Part shown: in pieces, positions 10,518 to 17,395 of the stretch
Layout of the letters: each line of letters begins with the position of its first letter
How positions within the stretch are numbered: position 1 is the stretch's first letter
Virus record (IMG/VR): IMGVR_UViG_2645727948_000013
Origin: a virus
Taxonomy: Duplodnaviria; Heunggongvirae; Uroviricota; Caudoviricetes
Direction: 5' to 3' (one strand)
DNA: 26,984 nucleotides
Position numbers and translations under genes: made by a program
The notes under the pieces: model-generated
Databases searched by the model: none
Seen by the model: the letters and a program-made list of their open reading frames with translations, nothing else
What the model was told of the DNA's origin: nothing

Positions 10518-11165
10518 TCACCATTCATAGGGTAAATTAAGCGCTTTTAAACCTTGCTGGAAAGTATTAAGAGATCCGTTTTTTTGTTGTTCCATTTTTT
10601 CGCGTGCAGCTTTCTCATACTGCTCCATCCGTTGGTTATACTCTTGCAATTCCTCCGGGGAGAGGTTTCCCATTGGGGAGTTTGTACCCGGCCCCCTGGC
10701 TCGTTCTTCAAGCGTACCCTGTACGTTTTGATGGCGCATTCCTGGGGCATTTCTTATTGAGTCAATGCCATTTCTTCCAACATCTTCTTTATTAACGGCA
10801 TTGCTCGCCACCAGCACACCCCAGCTAGGGATAGCAAAATCAGGAGCGGTTTCGCATGCCTTTACCATATAATCGAAAGTGCTTCGATTGATCTCGTTTG
10901 CGTCGGGATTTAACAGGCGAGAATATTGATATTTAGCATTTTCGTTGGTTGCGACTTTATACAGTTCTTGCTGCACCATCGCTTCAGAAAGTTTAAGGCG
11001 TTTCATATCTGACAGTAACTTCTTGCGCATGGATTCGTCTTGACTGACAGCAAAGCCGTAAACGTGCCCAAGGTATTTCGTATAATCGGTACAAATCTCC
11101 TTTACGCTTGATGCTGCATTAACAGTCCCAGCCATAAATAATAACGGTAGTAATAGTTTTCTCAT
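10518..11165 (-). CDS. Sim-like periplasmic superinfection-exclusion protein precursor, 215 aa from the RBS-supported start
   Basis: The track ORF 10518..11192 has no SD at its first ATG. The internal ATG at 11165 has a GGTGAGG SD and gives MRKLLLPLLFMAGTVNA (signal peptide). The C-terminal part shares GMRxxxVQGTLEERARGxGT with the Sit-like protein. Confidence 0.6.
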   Translation of the reverse strand: MRKLLLPLLFMAGTVNAASSVKEICTDYTKYLGHVYGFAVSQDESMRKKLLSDMKRLKLSEAMVQQELYKVATNENAKYQYSRLLNPDANEINRSTFDYMVKACETAPDFAIPSWGVLVASNAVNKEDVGRNGIDSIRNAPGMRHQNVQGTLEERARGPGTNSPMGNLSPEELQEYNQRMEQYEKAAREKMEQQKNGSLNTFQQGLKALNLPYEW

Positions 11166-11260
11166 TATAACCTCACCTGCCTTATAACTCATTTAGGGTA
11201 CATATTTTCGCCTTTAAAAAAAAGAGGTTATTAGATCCAATTGTGTATTTATTAAGCATG

Positions 11261-11277
11261 CAATGCTCTAATAGATT
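11261..11277 (+). promoter_or_regulatory. C1 repressor operator-like site (Op51-like) in the immI promoter region
   Basis: AATGCTCTAATAGATTT versus the P1 C1 operator consensus ATTGCTCTAATAAATTT (two mismatches), upstream of c4/icd/ant. Confidence 0.55.
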
Positions 11278-11299
11278 TGTATTTTTAAGTCGCGAATGC

Positions 11300-11590
11300 T
11301 ATCTTTTCGCATCATATTGACCTTTTAATCGTTCAGGCTTATAGTTCCGCCGTCGTAGCAAATTCTGCGACCGGGTTTAGCAGCCTGAATACTTACGCGG
11401 ACAACCGCAGATTTCCGATATTGCGGTATTTTTGTGTCCGTAAACCACGTTACGCCCGAATTATGGTGGGGCGTGATGGGGAGGCTTCGGCCTGCTGGTT
11501 TCGTAAGTGCCAGTCTGCTAACCCCGTCACGTCCTGCCACCTGTTTAGCAGCGGGTCGCAGGTTGTTTATCAACTTACGAGGCCGTAACT
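11300..11590 (+). ncRNA. c4: immI leader region expected to encode the c4 antisense repressor RNA (exact ends not determined)
   Basis: By position between the C1 operator and icd, as in P1. The motif tttagcagc occurs twice (about 11366 and 11543). No structure-based prediction was possible by eye. Confidence 0.35.
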
Positions 11591-11812
11591 ATGGTTAATG
11601 CCAATCCTTGCGCACGCCAAGAATTCATCTGGCGTTTCTATTCCTGTAAAAAACACCACTATCACTTCGTTATCGCAGCAACAGAAGACGAAGCACGCTC
11701 TCAATTGCCTGATGGCCCCTGCATTTTTACTGCCCGTTTTTCAACTAACTCGCGCAATTCACTTAGTTACTGGAGCCTCCCCTTCTCTGCCGACGTTCAG
11801 GGGGGTTTATGA
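11591..11812 (+). CDS. icd: Icd, cell-division inhibitor of the immI operon, 73 aa
   Basis: 73-aa ORF whose stop overlaps the ant1 start (ATGA), matching P1 icd in size and arrangement. Confidence 0.7.
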   Translation: MVNANPCARQEFIWRFYSCKKHHYHFVIAATEDEARSQLPDGPCIFTARFSTNSRNSLSYWSLPFSADVQGGL

Positions 11813-12843
11813 AAACACCTCTCGTCACCCGTAATGAAATAGCCGAAGCGATCGCCTTGCATACTGCCTGTATGCCGACACGGGAGATCCCCGGCGCAAT
11901 TGCTAACTATTTCATGATAACCAGACGTTTTTATACCCGAACAGATAAGGCTGTGATCAACAGGCTACTGATAGCCGAGATCAGGGATTATTTGATTGAA
12001 CAAGGACGTCTACGTTACGCAACAGTGGCAGCAGAAATGAGAAAGGAGGCACATAGAATGACCGGTAATAATTTAAATGTTGAAAAACCAGCACCTGTTG
12101 CTTCAGCTACGCCAGCACCAGCCCTGAATGTCATCTCCAACACCGGAGACACAATCGACAGCCAAACATTGTTGAAGATGGTCAATGAGGCACGGAAATT
12201 ATGTAGCGAAAAACCAGTTCGCAACAATGATTTCATTGCCAGAGTTAAGGATGAGCTTGAAGGAGAAACCTACGAAATTTTCGTAGGTCAAAAAAACGGC
12301 GCAGAAATAGATATTATAACCATGACCTACAAACAAGCCCTGCGAGTTGCCGCGCGCGAGTCAAAAGCGGTCCGCCGTTCGCTGATCGACAAACTGGAAG
12401 AATTACAGCAGGCAAACTCCCCTACCCCATCGATCCCCCAGACATTACCAGAAGCCCTACGCCTGGCTGCCGAGTTAGCAGAACAGAAAATGCAGTTGGA
12501 ACAACAGCTGGTGGCCGCAGCCCCTAAAGTCGATTTTGCCGACCGGGTATCAGTGGCCAATGGAATCCTGATCGGGAACTTTGCAAAGGTCGTTGGACTT
12601 AAGCAAAACGCCCTTTTCTCATGGTTGCGCCAGAATGGCATTCTCATGGCTTTTGGAGCGCGCAAAAACGTACCGCGCCAACAGTACATCAACGCCGGGT
12701 ATTTCACGGTGAAAGAAGTGGTGCTGGATGATGAAAATGGCTACCAGATACGGCTGACGCCCCAATTAACGGGTAAAGGCCAGCAGTGGTTAACTCGCAA
12801 GCTACTTGATGCTGGTTTGTTAAAACCAGTAGCAATAGGTTAA
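11809..12843 (+). CDS. ant1: Antirepressor Ant1, 344 aa
   Basis: The C-terminal domain is the phage antirepressor (AntA/KilAC-type) fold and is also shared with the C-terminal half of the KilA protein downstream. The gene directly follows icd. Confidence 0.85.
   Translation: MKTPLVTRNEIAEAIALHTACMPTREIPGAIANYFMITRRFYTRTDKAVINRLLIAEIRDYLIEQGRLRYATVAAEMRKEAHRMTGNNLNVEKPAPVASATPAPALNVISNTGDTIDSQTLLKMVNEARKLCSEKPVRNNDFIARVKDELEGETYEIFVGQKNGAEIDIITMTYKQALRVAARESKAVRRSLIDKLEELQQANSPTPSIPQTLPEALRLAAELAEQKMQLEQQLVAAAPKVDFADRVSVANGILIGNFAKVVGLKQNALFSWLRQNGILMAFGARKNVPRQQYINAGYFTVKEVVLDDENGYQIRLTPQLTGKGQQWLTRKLLDAGLLKPVAIG
12058..12843 (+). CDS. ant2: Antirepressor Ant2, in-frame internal start within ant1, 261 aa
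   Basis: Internal ATG at 12058 preceded by a perfect AAAGGAGG SD at 8-nt spacing. P1 is known to make Ant1 and Ant2 from nested in-frame starts. Confidence 0.6.
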   Translation: MTGNNLNVEKPAPVASATPAPALNVISNTGDTIDSQTLLKMVNEARKLCSEKPVRNNDFIARVKDELEGETYEIFVGQKNGAEIDIITMTYKQALRVAARESKAVRRSLIDKLEELQQANSPTPSIPQTLPEALRLAAELAEQKMQLEQQLVAAAPKVDFADRVSVANGILIGNFAKVVGLKQNALFSWLRQNGILMAFGARKNVPRQQYINAGYFTVKEVVLDDENGYQIRLTPQLTGKGQQWLTRKLLDAGLLKPVAIG

Positions 12844-12850
12844 CAAAAGA

Positions 12851-12882
12851 AAAAAACCTGCCAGCAAACTGGCAGGTTTCTG
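12851..12882 (+). terminator. Intrinsic terminator after ant
   Basis: Stem-loop aacctgccag-caaa-ctggcaggtt followed by TTTCT. Confidence 0.55.
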
Positions 12883-12920
12883 AGCAGATCGTCCAACCCG
12901 ATCTGGATCGAGTCAGAAAA

Positions 12921-12938
12921 ATTTGCTCTAATAAATTT
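12921..12938 (+). promoter_or_regulatory. C1 repressor operator-like site (Op53-like) upstream of kilA-repL
   Basis: TTTGCTCTAATAAATTT differs from the C1 operator consensus at one position. It sits upstream of the kilA start at 13008. Confidence 0.6.
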
Positions 12939-13007
12939 CGTTTTCTAAGTGCAAAGAATCACCATTTCGAGCTGGTGATTGAAGGTTGATGCAAATTTGG
13001 AGAAAAA

Positions 13008-13808
13008 ATGCAACAAACATTCAATGCGGATATGAATATATCAAACCTTCATCAAAATGTCGATCCTTCAACCACTCTGCCCGTTATTTGTGGTGTTGAA
13101 ATTACGACCGACCGCGCTGGCCGTTACAACCTTAATGCTCTACACAGAGCGAGCGGACTCGGTGCCCATAAAGCGCCAGCTCAATGGCTAAGAACGCTGT
13201 CAGCTAAACAGCTCATCGAAGAGCTTGAAAAAGAAACTATGCAGAATTGCATAGTTTCGTTCGAAGGCCGTGGCGGCGGCACTTTTGCCCATGAATTGCT
13301 CGCAGTGGAGTACGCTGGTTGGATTTCTCCCGCGTTTCGGCTGAAGGTAAACCAGACATTTATCGACTATCGAGCCGGAAGATTACAACCTGCTATTCCG
13401 CAGAGTCTCCCTGAAGCTCTCCGTTTGGCTGCCGACCTGGCAGAGCAAAAGCAACGGCTGGAACAAAAAATGCTTATGGATGCACCTAAAGTCGAATTCG
13501 CCGAACGCGTTGCTACCGCCAGCGGGGTTCTAATCGGCAACTATGCCAAAGTGCTCGGTCTGGGCCAAAACTATCTCTTCACCTGGTTGCGTGATAACGG
13601 AATTCTGATCGCAACCGGTGAACGCAGGAACGTCCCCAAACAAGAATACATATCCCGTGGGTATTTCACCCTTAAAGAAACCGTGATCGATACAAGCAAT
13701 GGAAGCAGGATTTCTTTCACGACTCGTATAACCGGCAAAGGTCAGCAGTGGCTGATGAAGCGATTGCTTGATGCTGGTGTGCTGGTACCTGTCGCGGCAA
13801 CGCGCTAA
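13008..13808 (+). CDS. kilA: KilA (KilA-N domain N-terminus, antirepressor-type C-terminal domain), 266 aa
   Basis: KilA-N-like segment (YNLNALHRASG...AQWLRT...) and a C-terminal domain paralogous to Ant. Size and position match P1 kilA. Confidence 0.8.
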   Translation: MQQTFNADMNISNLHQNVDPSTTLPVICGVEITTDRAGRYNLNALHRASGLGAHKAPAQWLRTLSAKQLIEELEKETMQNCIVSFEGRGGGTFAHELLAVEYAGWISPAFRLKVNQTFIDYRAGRLQPAIPQSLPEALRLAADLAEQKQRLEQKMLMDAPKVEFAERVATASGVLIGNYAKVLGLGQNYLFTWLRDNGILIATGERRNVPKQEYISRGYFTLKETVIDTSNGSRISFTTRITGKGQQWLMKRLLDAGVLVPVAATR

Positions 13809-13837
13809 CAGACGTAGTAAGAACCACCAGCATTGTA

Positions 13838-14683
13838 ATGCTGGCTAAAGTCACTTTCCTGAGCTGTATAACGATGAGCGATTTTACTTTTTCTGGCTAT
13901 GAATTGGCCTGCTTTGTAACACACTCCGGTCTATCCCGTAGCGCCGGGCATATCCTGTCGCAATGTGCAAATCTAGCGGCAACAACCAGTGAATACTTCA
14001 TTCACAAGCCTCACCGCCTGATCGCGGCAGAAACTGGTTATAGCCAATCAACCGTCGTTCGTGCATTCCGTGAAGCTGTAAACAAAGGAATTCTGTCTGT
14101 AGAGATTGTTATCGGCGATCACCGTGAACGTCGCGCTAACCTGTACCGGTTTACACCATCCTTTTTGGCCTTCGCACAACAAGCCAAAAATGCGCTGATT
14201 GAAAGCAAATTAAAGATCTCTTCAGCGGCAACCAAGGTTAAAGCTGTTCTCGCTAAGACATTGGCTTTATTTAATTTTTTATCCACCCCCCCATGTCAAA
14301 ATGATACCCCCTCCCCCTGTCAGGATGACGTGGCAATAAAGAATAAGAAGTCACAAGTTAAAAAAACAAAAAGATCAGTTTCCGGCGGTGCCGGAACGAC
14401 CAGACTCAAAAAATTGACTTCATGGATCGCTGAGGCAAAAGCAAAGGCTGACAATCTGCGGTTATCCAAAAAACGCGCTCAAAAACATGAGTTCAAGCAG
14501 AAAGTAGAGGCGGCAGCGCGGAAATATGCTTACCTGAAGGACAAGCGTTCTCCTGATATTGGCGGGATATCAAACTTCGATAATCTGCCGCATTGCATGA
14601 CGGTAAACGAAGCTCTTAATGCGGTTTTAGCCAAAAATAAAGATAACGAACAATGGGGTATACCGGCAGGATTCAGAGGGTGA
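13838..14683 (+). CDS. repL: RepL, lytic-replicon replication protein, 281 aa
   Basis: Follows kilA in the same operon under the Op53-like operator. HTH-like segment (ETGYSQSTVVRAFREAVNKGIL) and a basic C-terminus. Size matches P1 RepL as recalled. Confidence 0.7.
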   Translation: MLAKVTFLSCITMSDFTFSGYELACFVTHSGLSRSAGHILSQCANLAATTSEYFIHKPHRLIAAETGYSQSTVVRAFREAVNKGILSVEIVIGDHRERRANLYRFTPSFLAFAQQAKNALIESKLKISSAATKVKAVLAKTLALFNFLSTPPCQNDTPSPCQDDVAIKNKKSQVKKTKRSVSGGAGTTRLKKLTSWIAEAKAKADNLRLSKKRAQKHEFKQKVEAAARKYAYLKDKRSPDIGGISNFDNLPHCMTVNEALNAVLAKNKDNEQWGIPAGFRG

Positions 14684-14733
14684 TAGATTGCTCTAATCTG
14701 GAGTCACCTGGCGTTTTCAGTTTGAGGTCGGAG

Positions 14734-14979
14734 ATGCAATCTGATTTTTTACAGTTAGCGATCGCTTTTGCAGGATATGTTTGTATTGGCTTCTGTGTAT
14801 ACATGATCAGCCGAAAAATGCTTGTCGATATCGACCGCAAAGAACAAGCAGAGGAGATCTTAGTATGGATTTTCTTTGGCGCGGTCTGGCCATTAGGGAT
14901 CATGTTTGCTGCAACATTTCTTCTGATGTGGATATTCACCCTTCCAGGTGATTTCTATAGAAAAAAAGCCAGACATTGA
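14734..14979 (+). CDS. Small two-helix membrane protein, 81 aa from the SD-supported ATG (track ORF starts at 14653)
   Basis: GAGG SD 6 nt before the ATG at 14734. Two hydrophobic helices (LAIAFAGYVCIGFCVYMI and ILVWIFFGAVWPLGIMFAATFLLMWIF). The longer form would overlap the repL 3' end. Confidence 0.45.
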   Translation: MQSDFLQLAIAFAGYVCIGFCVYMISRKMLVDIDRKEQAEEILVWIFFGAVWPLGIMFAATFLLMWIFTLPGDFYRKKARH

Positions 14980-15003
14980 TACAATCGTTGCGGGTGCTTG
15001 AGG

Positions 15004-15038
15004 CTATCTGCTTCAGGCATTACCCGAAAAGCAGATAG
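15004..15038 (+). other. 10-bp perfect inverted repeat (ctatctgctt / aagcagatag, 15-nt loop)
   Basis: Read directly. It lies between the small membrane gene and the mok/hok locus and could be a terminator-like or 5' mRNA structure. Confidence 0.4.
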
Positions 15039-15102
15039 AAGAAAGCCCCAGATAACATTACGCGTCCTGCAAGACGCTTAACATTAATCTGAGGCCATAT
15101 CT

Positions 15103-15309
15103 ATGCTTAGCATACGTAGATTAGCCTCTTACCGACCAAAAGGTCAAGGAGAAGCAGGCTATGAAGCAGCAAAAAGCGATGTTAATCGCTCTGATCGTCA
15201 TCTGTTTAACCGTCATTGTGACGGCACTGGTAACGAGGAAAGACCTCTGCGAGGTACGAATCCGAACCGGCCAGACGGAGGTCACTGTCTTCACAGCCTA
15301 CGAATCTGA
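15103..15309 (+). CDS. mok: mok-like overlapping reading frame (modulator of hok translation), 68 aa
   Basis: ATG-initiated ORF that starts 58 nt upstream of hok, in a different frame, and ends 7 nt before the hok stop, as in hok/mok/sok loci. Confidence 0.45.
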   Translation: MLSIRRLASYRPKGQGEAGYEAAKSDVNRSDRHLFNRHCDGTGNEERPLRGTNPNRPDGGHCLHSLRI

Positions 15310-15316
15310 AAGGTAA
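15161..15316 (+). CDS. hok: Hok/Gef-family type I toxin, 51 aa
   Basis: Translation MKQQKAMLIALIVICLTVIVTALVTRKDLCEVRIRTGQTEVTVFTAYESER is near-identical in pattern to E. coli HokC/Gef as recalled. AAGGAG SD upstream. Confidence 0.85.
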   Translation: MKQQKAMLIALIVICLTVIVTALVTRKDLCEVRIRTGQTEVTVFTAYESER

Positions 15317-15390
15317 GAGACCTGGCGGGGAGAGATCCTCGCCACTCTTCGTGTGTCAGGTATCCTCAATGCACCCTTTCCTCTCCAAAT

Positions 15391-15415
15391 AAAAAAGCTC
15401 CCGAAGGAGCTTTAA
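15391..15415. terminator. Bidirectional intrinsic terminator between hok (+) and the structural operon (-)
   Basis: Stem aaagctcc / ggagcttt with a cgaa loop. On the minus strand it is followed by TTTTTTATTT. Confidence 0.65.
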
Positions 15416-15432
15416 AATACAAGGGATGACTC

Positions 15433-15942
15433 TTAATCCCACTCAATCCAGTTGTAGACGATACGAAGTGACGGGCGCACAGCGGCAGTCACATCTTCGG
15501 TACTAAAGTCGATTGCATCACTGTAGATTTTGCAGTCCAACATTTCAATTGTTGTAGCAGCTTTTGTCACAGCGTTAACCCCGGAAGATTTGGATTCAGG
15601 GGTAGCAGCCATCGTGATATCAACATAGTCCTTCGCCGCAATGCGATCCTTGATGAACTGAAGAATATCGCCTTCGATAGTCTCCACGCACTGGACCTGG
15701 ATTTCCCCAGAGTTTCGAATTGGTCCGTGCTGGTTGAACTTCACACCATTCGGACCATAGTCCTCCACATCCTCGCGGGTCATTTCAGGAATTTGCGACG
15801 TGCGAACCAGTACGCTGATATCTTCATGGCCTGCAAAAGTGAGCTGGAATTCAGAAGATACCAGTCGTTCGCCTTTGGCCGCGTTGGCAGTATAGCGGCC
15901 CTTAATAAATTTACGGTTTCCCTTAGTGTTATTGTGCCCCAT
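15433..15942 (-). CDS. Tail tube protein (T4 gp19-like), 169 aa
   Basis: Size and C-terminal ...VYNWIEWD resemble myovirus tube proteins. AAAAGGA RBS. Confidence 0.6.
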   Translation of the reverse strand: MGHNNTKGNRKFIKGRYTANAAKGERLVSSEFQLTFAGHEDISVLVRTSQIPEMTREDVEDYGPNGVKFNQHGPIRNSGEIQVQCVETIEGDILQFIKDRIAAKDYVDITMAATPESKSSGVNAVTKAATTIEMLDCKIYSDAIDFSTEDVTAAVRPSLRIVYNWIEWD

Positions 15943-15953
15943 ATAAAATCCTT

Positions 15954-16535
15954 TTACTGGAACGCCCGAACAATATCGGAGCTGTTATATATCGAAGAAC
16001 CGGTCAACTGGAGGTTGACGGTGTTTTTCAGGAAATGCCCATTGCTGTCCCTGGGCGCATCGAGATCGAAACTTATGTCCTGGATAGCGACATCAATGAT
16101 GTTGATCCGGCGACCAATGTTTAGCGTCACGCGCTCCGGGATTCGACCACCAATACTGGCATCTTTAAGTTCCGGGCTAATCATCGCTGACAATGCGGCG
16201 ATAGCTCCTGAAACCTCCGTGAATGGGTCAAACAAAGCGATGAAAGTTACTGGCAGCGTGAAAGTCGGCGGTGTTCCCCCTTCCCAAACCATTAAGCTGT
16301 TCCAACGGGCAACCGACGTTGTTTCAGTACCAACCTGCGCAAAACCACTGAAGGCACCAGCAACAGATCCCATGGACATACCGGTAAACGGCGCTTCCCA
16401 ATTCTGGGCCATGTTCATTGCCGCCCCCTGGCTGATATATCCGGTAACCTGGTACTGAGAGTTCGTTAAAGTAACTTTCAGAAATGGCGATACACCGTCA
16501 GCCTGGCTGTAAACCCCATAAGGAATAGGTGCCAT
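15954..16535 (-). CDS. Tail structural protein, 193 aa
   Basis: ATG at 16535. Its AGGAGGA SD lies 28 nt upstream, separated from the ATG by a hairpin. Confidence 0.6.
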   Translation of the reverse strand: MAPIPYGVYSQADGVSPFLKVTLTNSQYQVTGYISQGAAMNMAQNWEAPFTGMSMGSVAGAFSGFAQVGTETTSVARWNSLMVWEGGTPPTFTLPVTFIALFDPFTEVSGAIAALSAMISPELKDASIGGRIPERVTLNIGRRINIIDVAIQDISFDLDAPRDSNGHFLKNTVNLQLTGSSIYNSSDIVRAFQ

Positions 16536-16545
16536 TCAAGTTAAA

Positions 16546-16563
16546 GGCCGGAGTTCTCCGGCC
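16546..16563 (-). promoter_or_regulatory. Hairpin between the SD and start codon of the 193-aa gene (split RBS)
   Basis: ggccggag / ctccggcc inverted repeat sits between AGGAGGA (16564..16570) and the ATG (16535). Folding would bring the SD to normal spacing. Confidence 0.4.
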
Positions 16564-16570
16564 TCCTCCT

Positions 16571-17386
16571 TTAGCCAAGGCGCTTACGGCGCAGTTTCAT
16601 TGACTTTTTGCGGGCAAGTTTTGCCGCGCCGGTCTGGGCTTTTCGACGCGCTTTTTTCAGCGCCGATTTTTGAGCCGCAGTCAGACGTTTTTTACGCAGG
16701 CGTTTACGGATGAGTTTGATCTCACCGTTACGAACAACCTTCTTAAATGCTTCAGTCAGCATTTCATCAGAAGTGCCAGCAACAACAAACGCCGCTTCCA
16801 GTTCGTCGCGGTCGTCGCTATCTAAACCAGCGATAGAGGCACCAACATCAGCAGCTGCGTCGTCGTCTTCATCGTCAGCCAGTGCTTCGATCAGGTCATC
16901 ATCTACACCGCATGCTGCGAGGAAGTCAGCAACATTTGCCCATGCTTCGTTATAGGCATCGTCCTGTTCTTCTGTAACTTCGGAGTCGTCGTCATCAGAG
17001 ATACCAGCGATAGCCTGAACGAAACCATCAAGGGAGTCGAAAGTCAGATCACCGCTATCAGCCCAGGCGAAAACGGCGTCGGCCGCATCACTCAACGCAT
17101 TTTGCATAGCACTTCGATTTGCAGCTTCCAGAATCATCTGGTGCGCCTGTTCGACGGTCCATTCTTTACCGTCTTTCCCTTCCAGGATTTGCTCAGGAGC
17201 CTGGGCAGATGGAACGTTATCGTTAGTCTGTGCCGCCGGTTCCGGATTATTATTAATAACCGGATCTGTTGGCGGTTCGGCGCTTGCTCGGGCAGACTCC
17301 ATCAGCTGCACAGGATCAGAGTTCAAAGCGAAACGAGACAGTCCATTCCCCAAAAATGCCCCGGATTGAAAAAAGTTTTTGCTCAT
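16571..17386 (-). CDS. Acidic, probably disordered virion/morphogenetic protein with a poly-basic C-terminal tail, 271 aa
   Basis: AAGGGAA RBS. Asp/Glu-rich runs (DDDDSEVTEEQDD, ADDEDDDAAADV) and a C-terminus RKRLRKKRLTAAQKSALKKARRKAQTGAAKLARKKSMKLRRKRLG. Confidence 0.65.
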   Translation of the reverse strand: MSKNFFQSGAFLGNGLSRFALNSDPVQLMESARASAEPPTDPVINNNPEPAAQTNDNVPSAQAPEQILEGKDGKEWTVEQAHQMILEAANRSAMQNALSDAADAVFAWADSGDLTFDSLDGFVQAIAGISDDDDSEVTEEQDDAYNEAWANVADFLAACGVDDDLIEALADDEDDDAAADVGASIAGLDSDDRDELEAAFVVAGTSDEMLTEAFKKVVRNGEIKLIRKRLRKKRLTAAQKSALKKARRKAQTGAAKLARKKSMKLRRKRLG

Positions 17387-17395
17387 TGTATTCCC

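Noticed and set aside
10518-11192. Longer 224-aa version of the Sim-like protein
   Set aside because: The first ATG has no Shine-Dalgarno and would place 9 residues ahead of a canonical signal peptide; the internal ATG at 11165 has a GGTGAGG SD.
11325-11573. 82-aa minus-strand ORF in the immI leader
   Set aside because: It lies antisense to the expected c4 RNA region and faces the convergent Sim-like gene; no RBS, and the region is better explained as regulatory RNA.
15727-16458. 243-aa plus-strand ORF overlapping the tube and tail protein genes
   Set aside because: Antisense to two tightly packed structural genes that have good RBSs; no start signals of its own.
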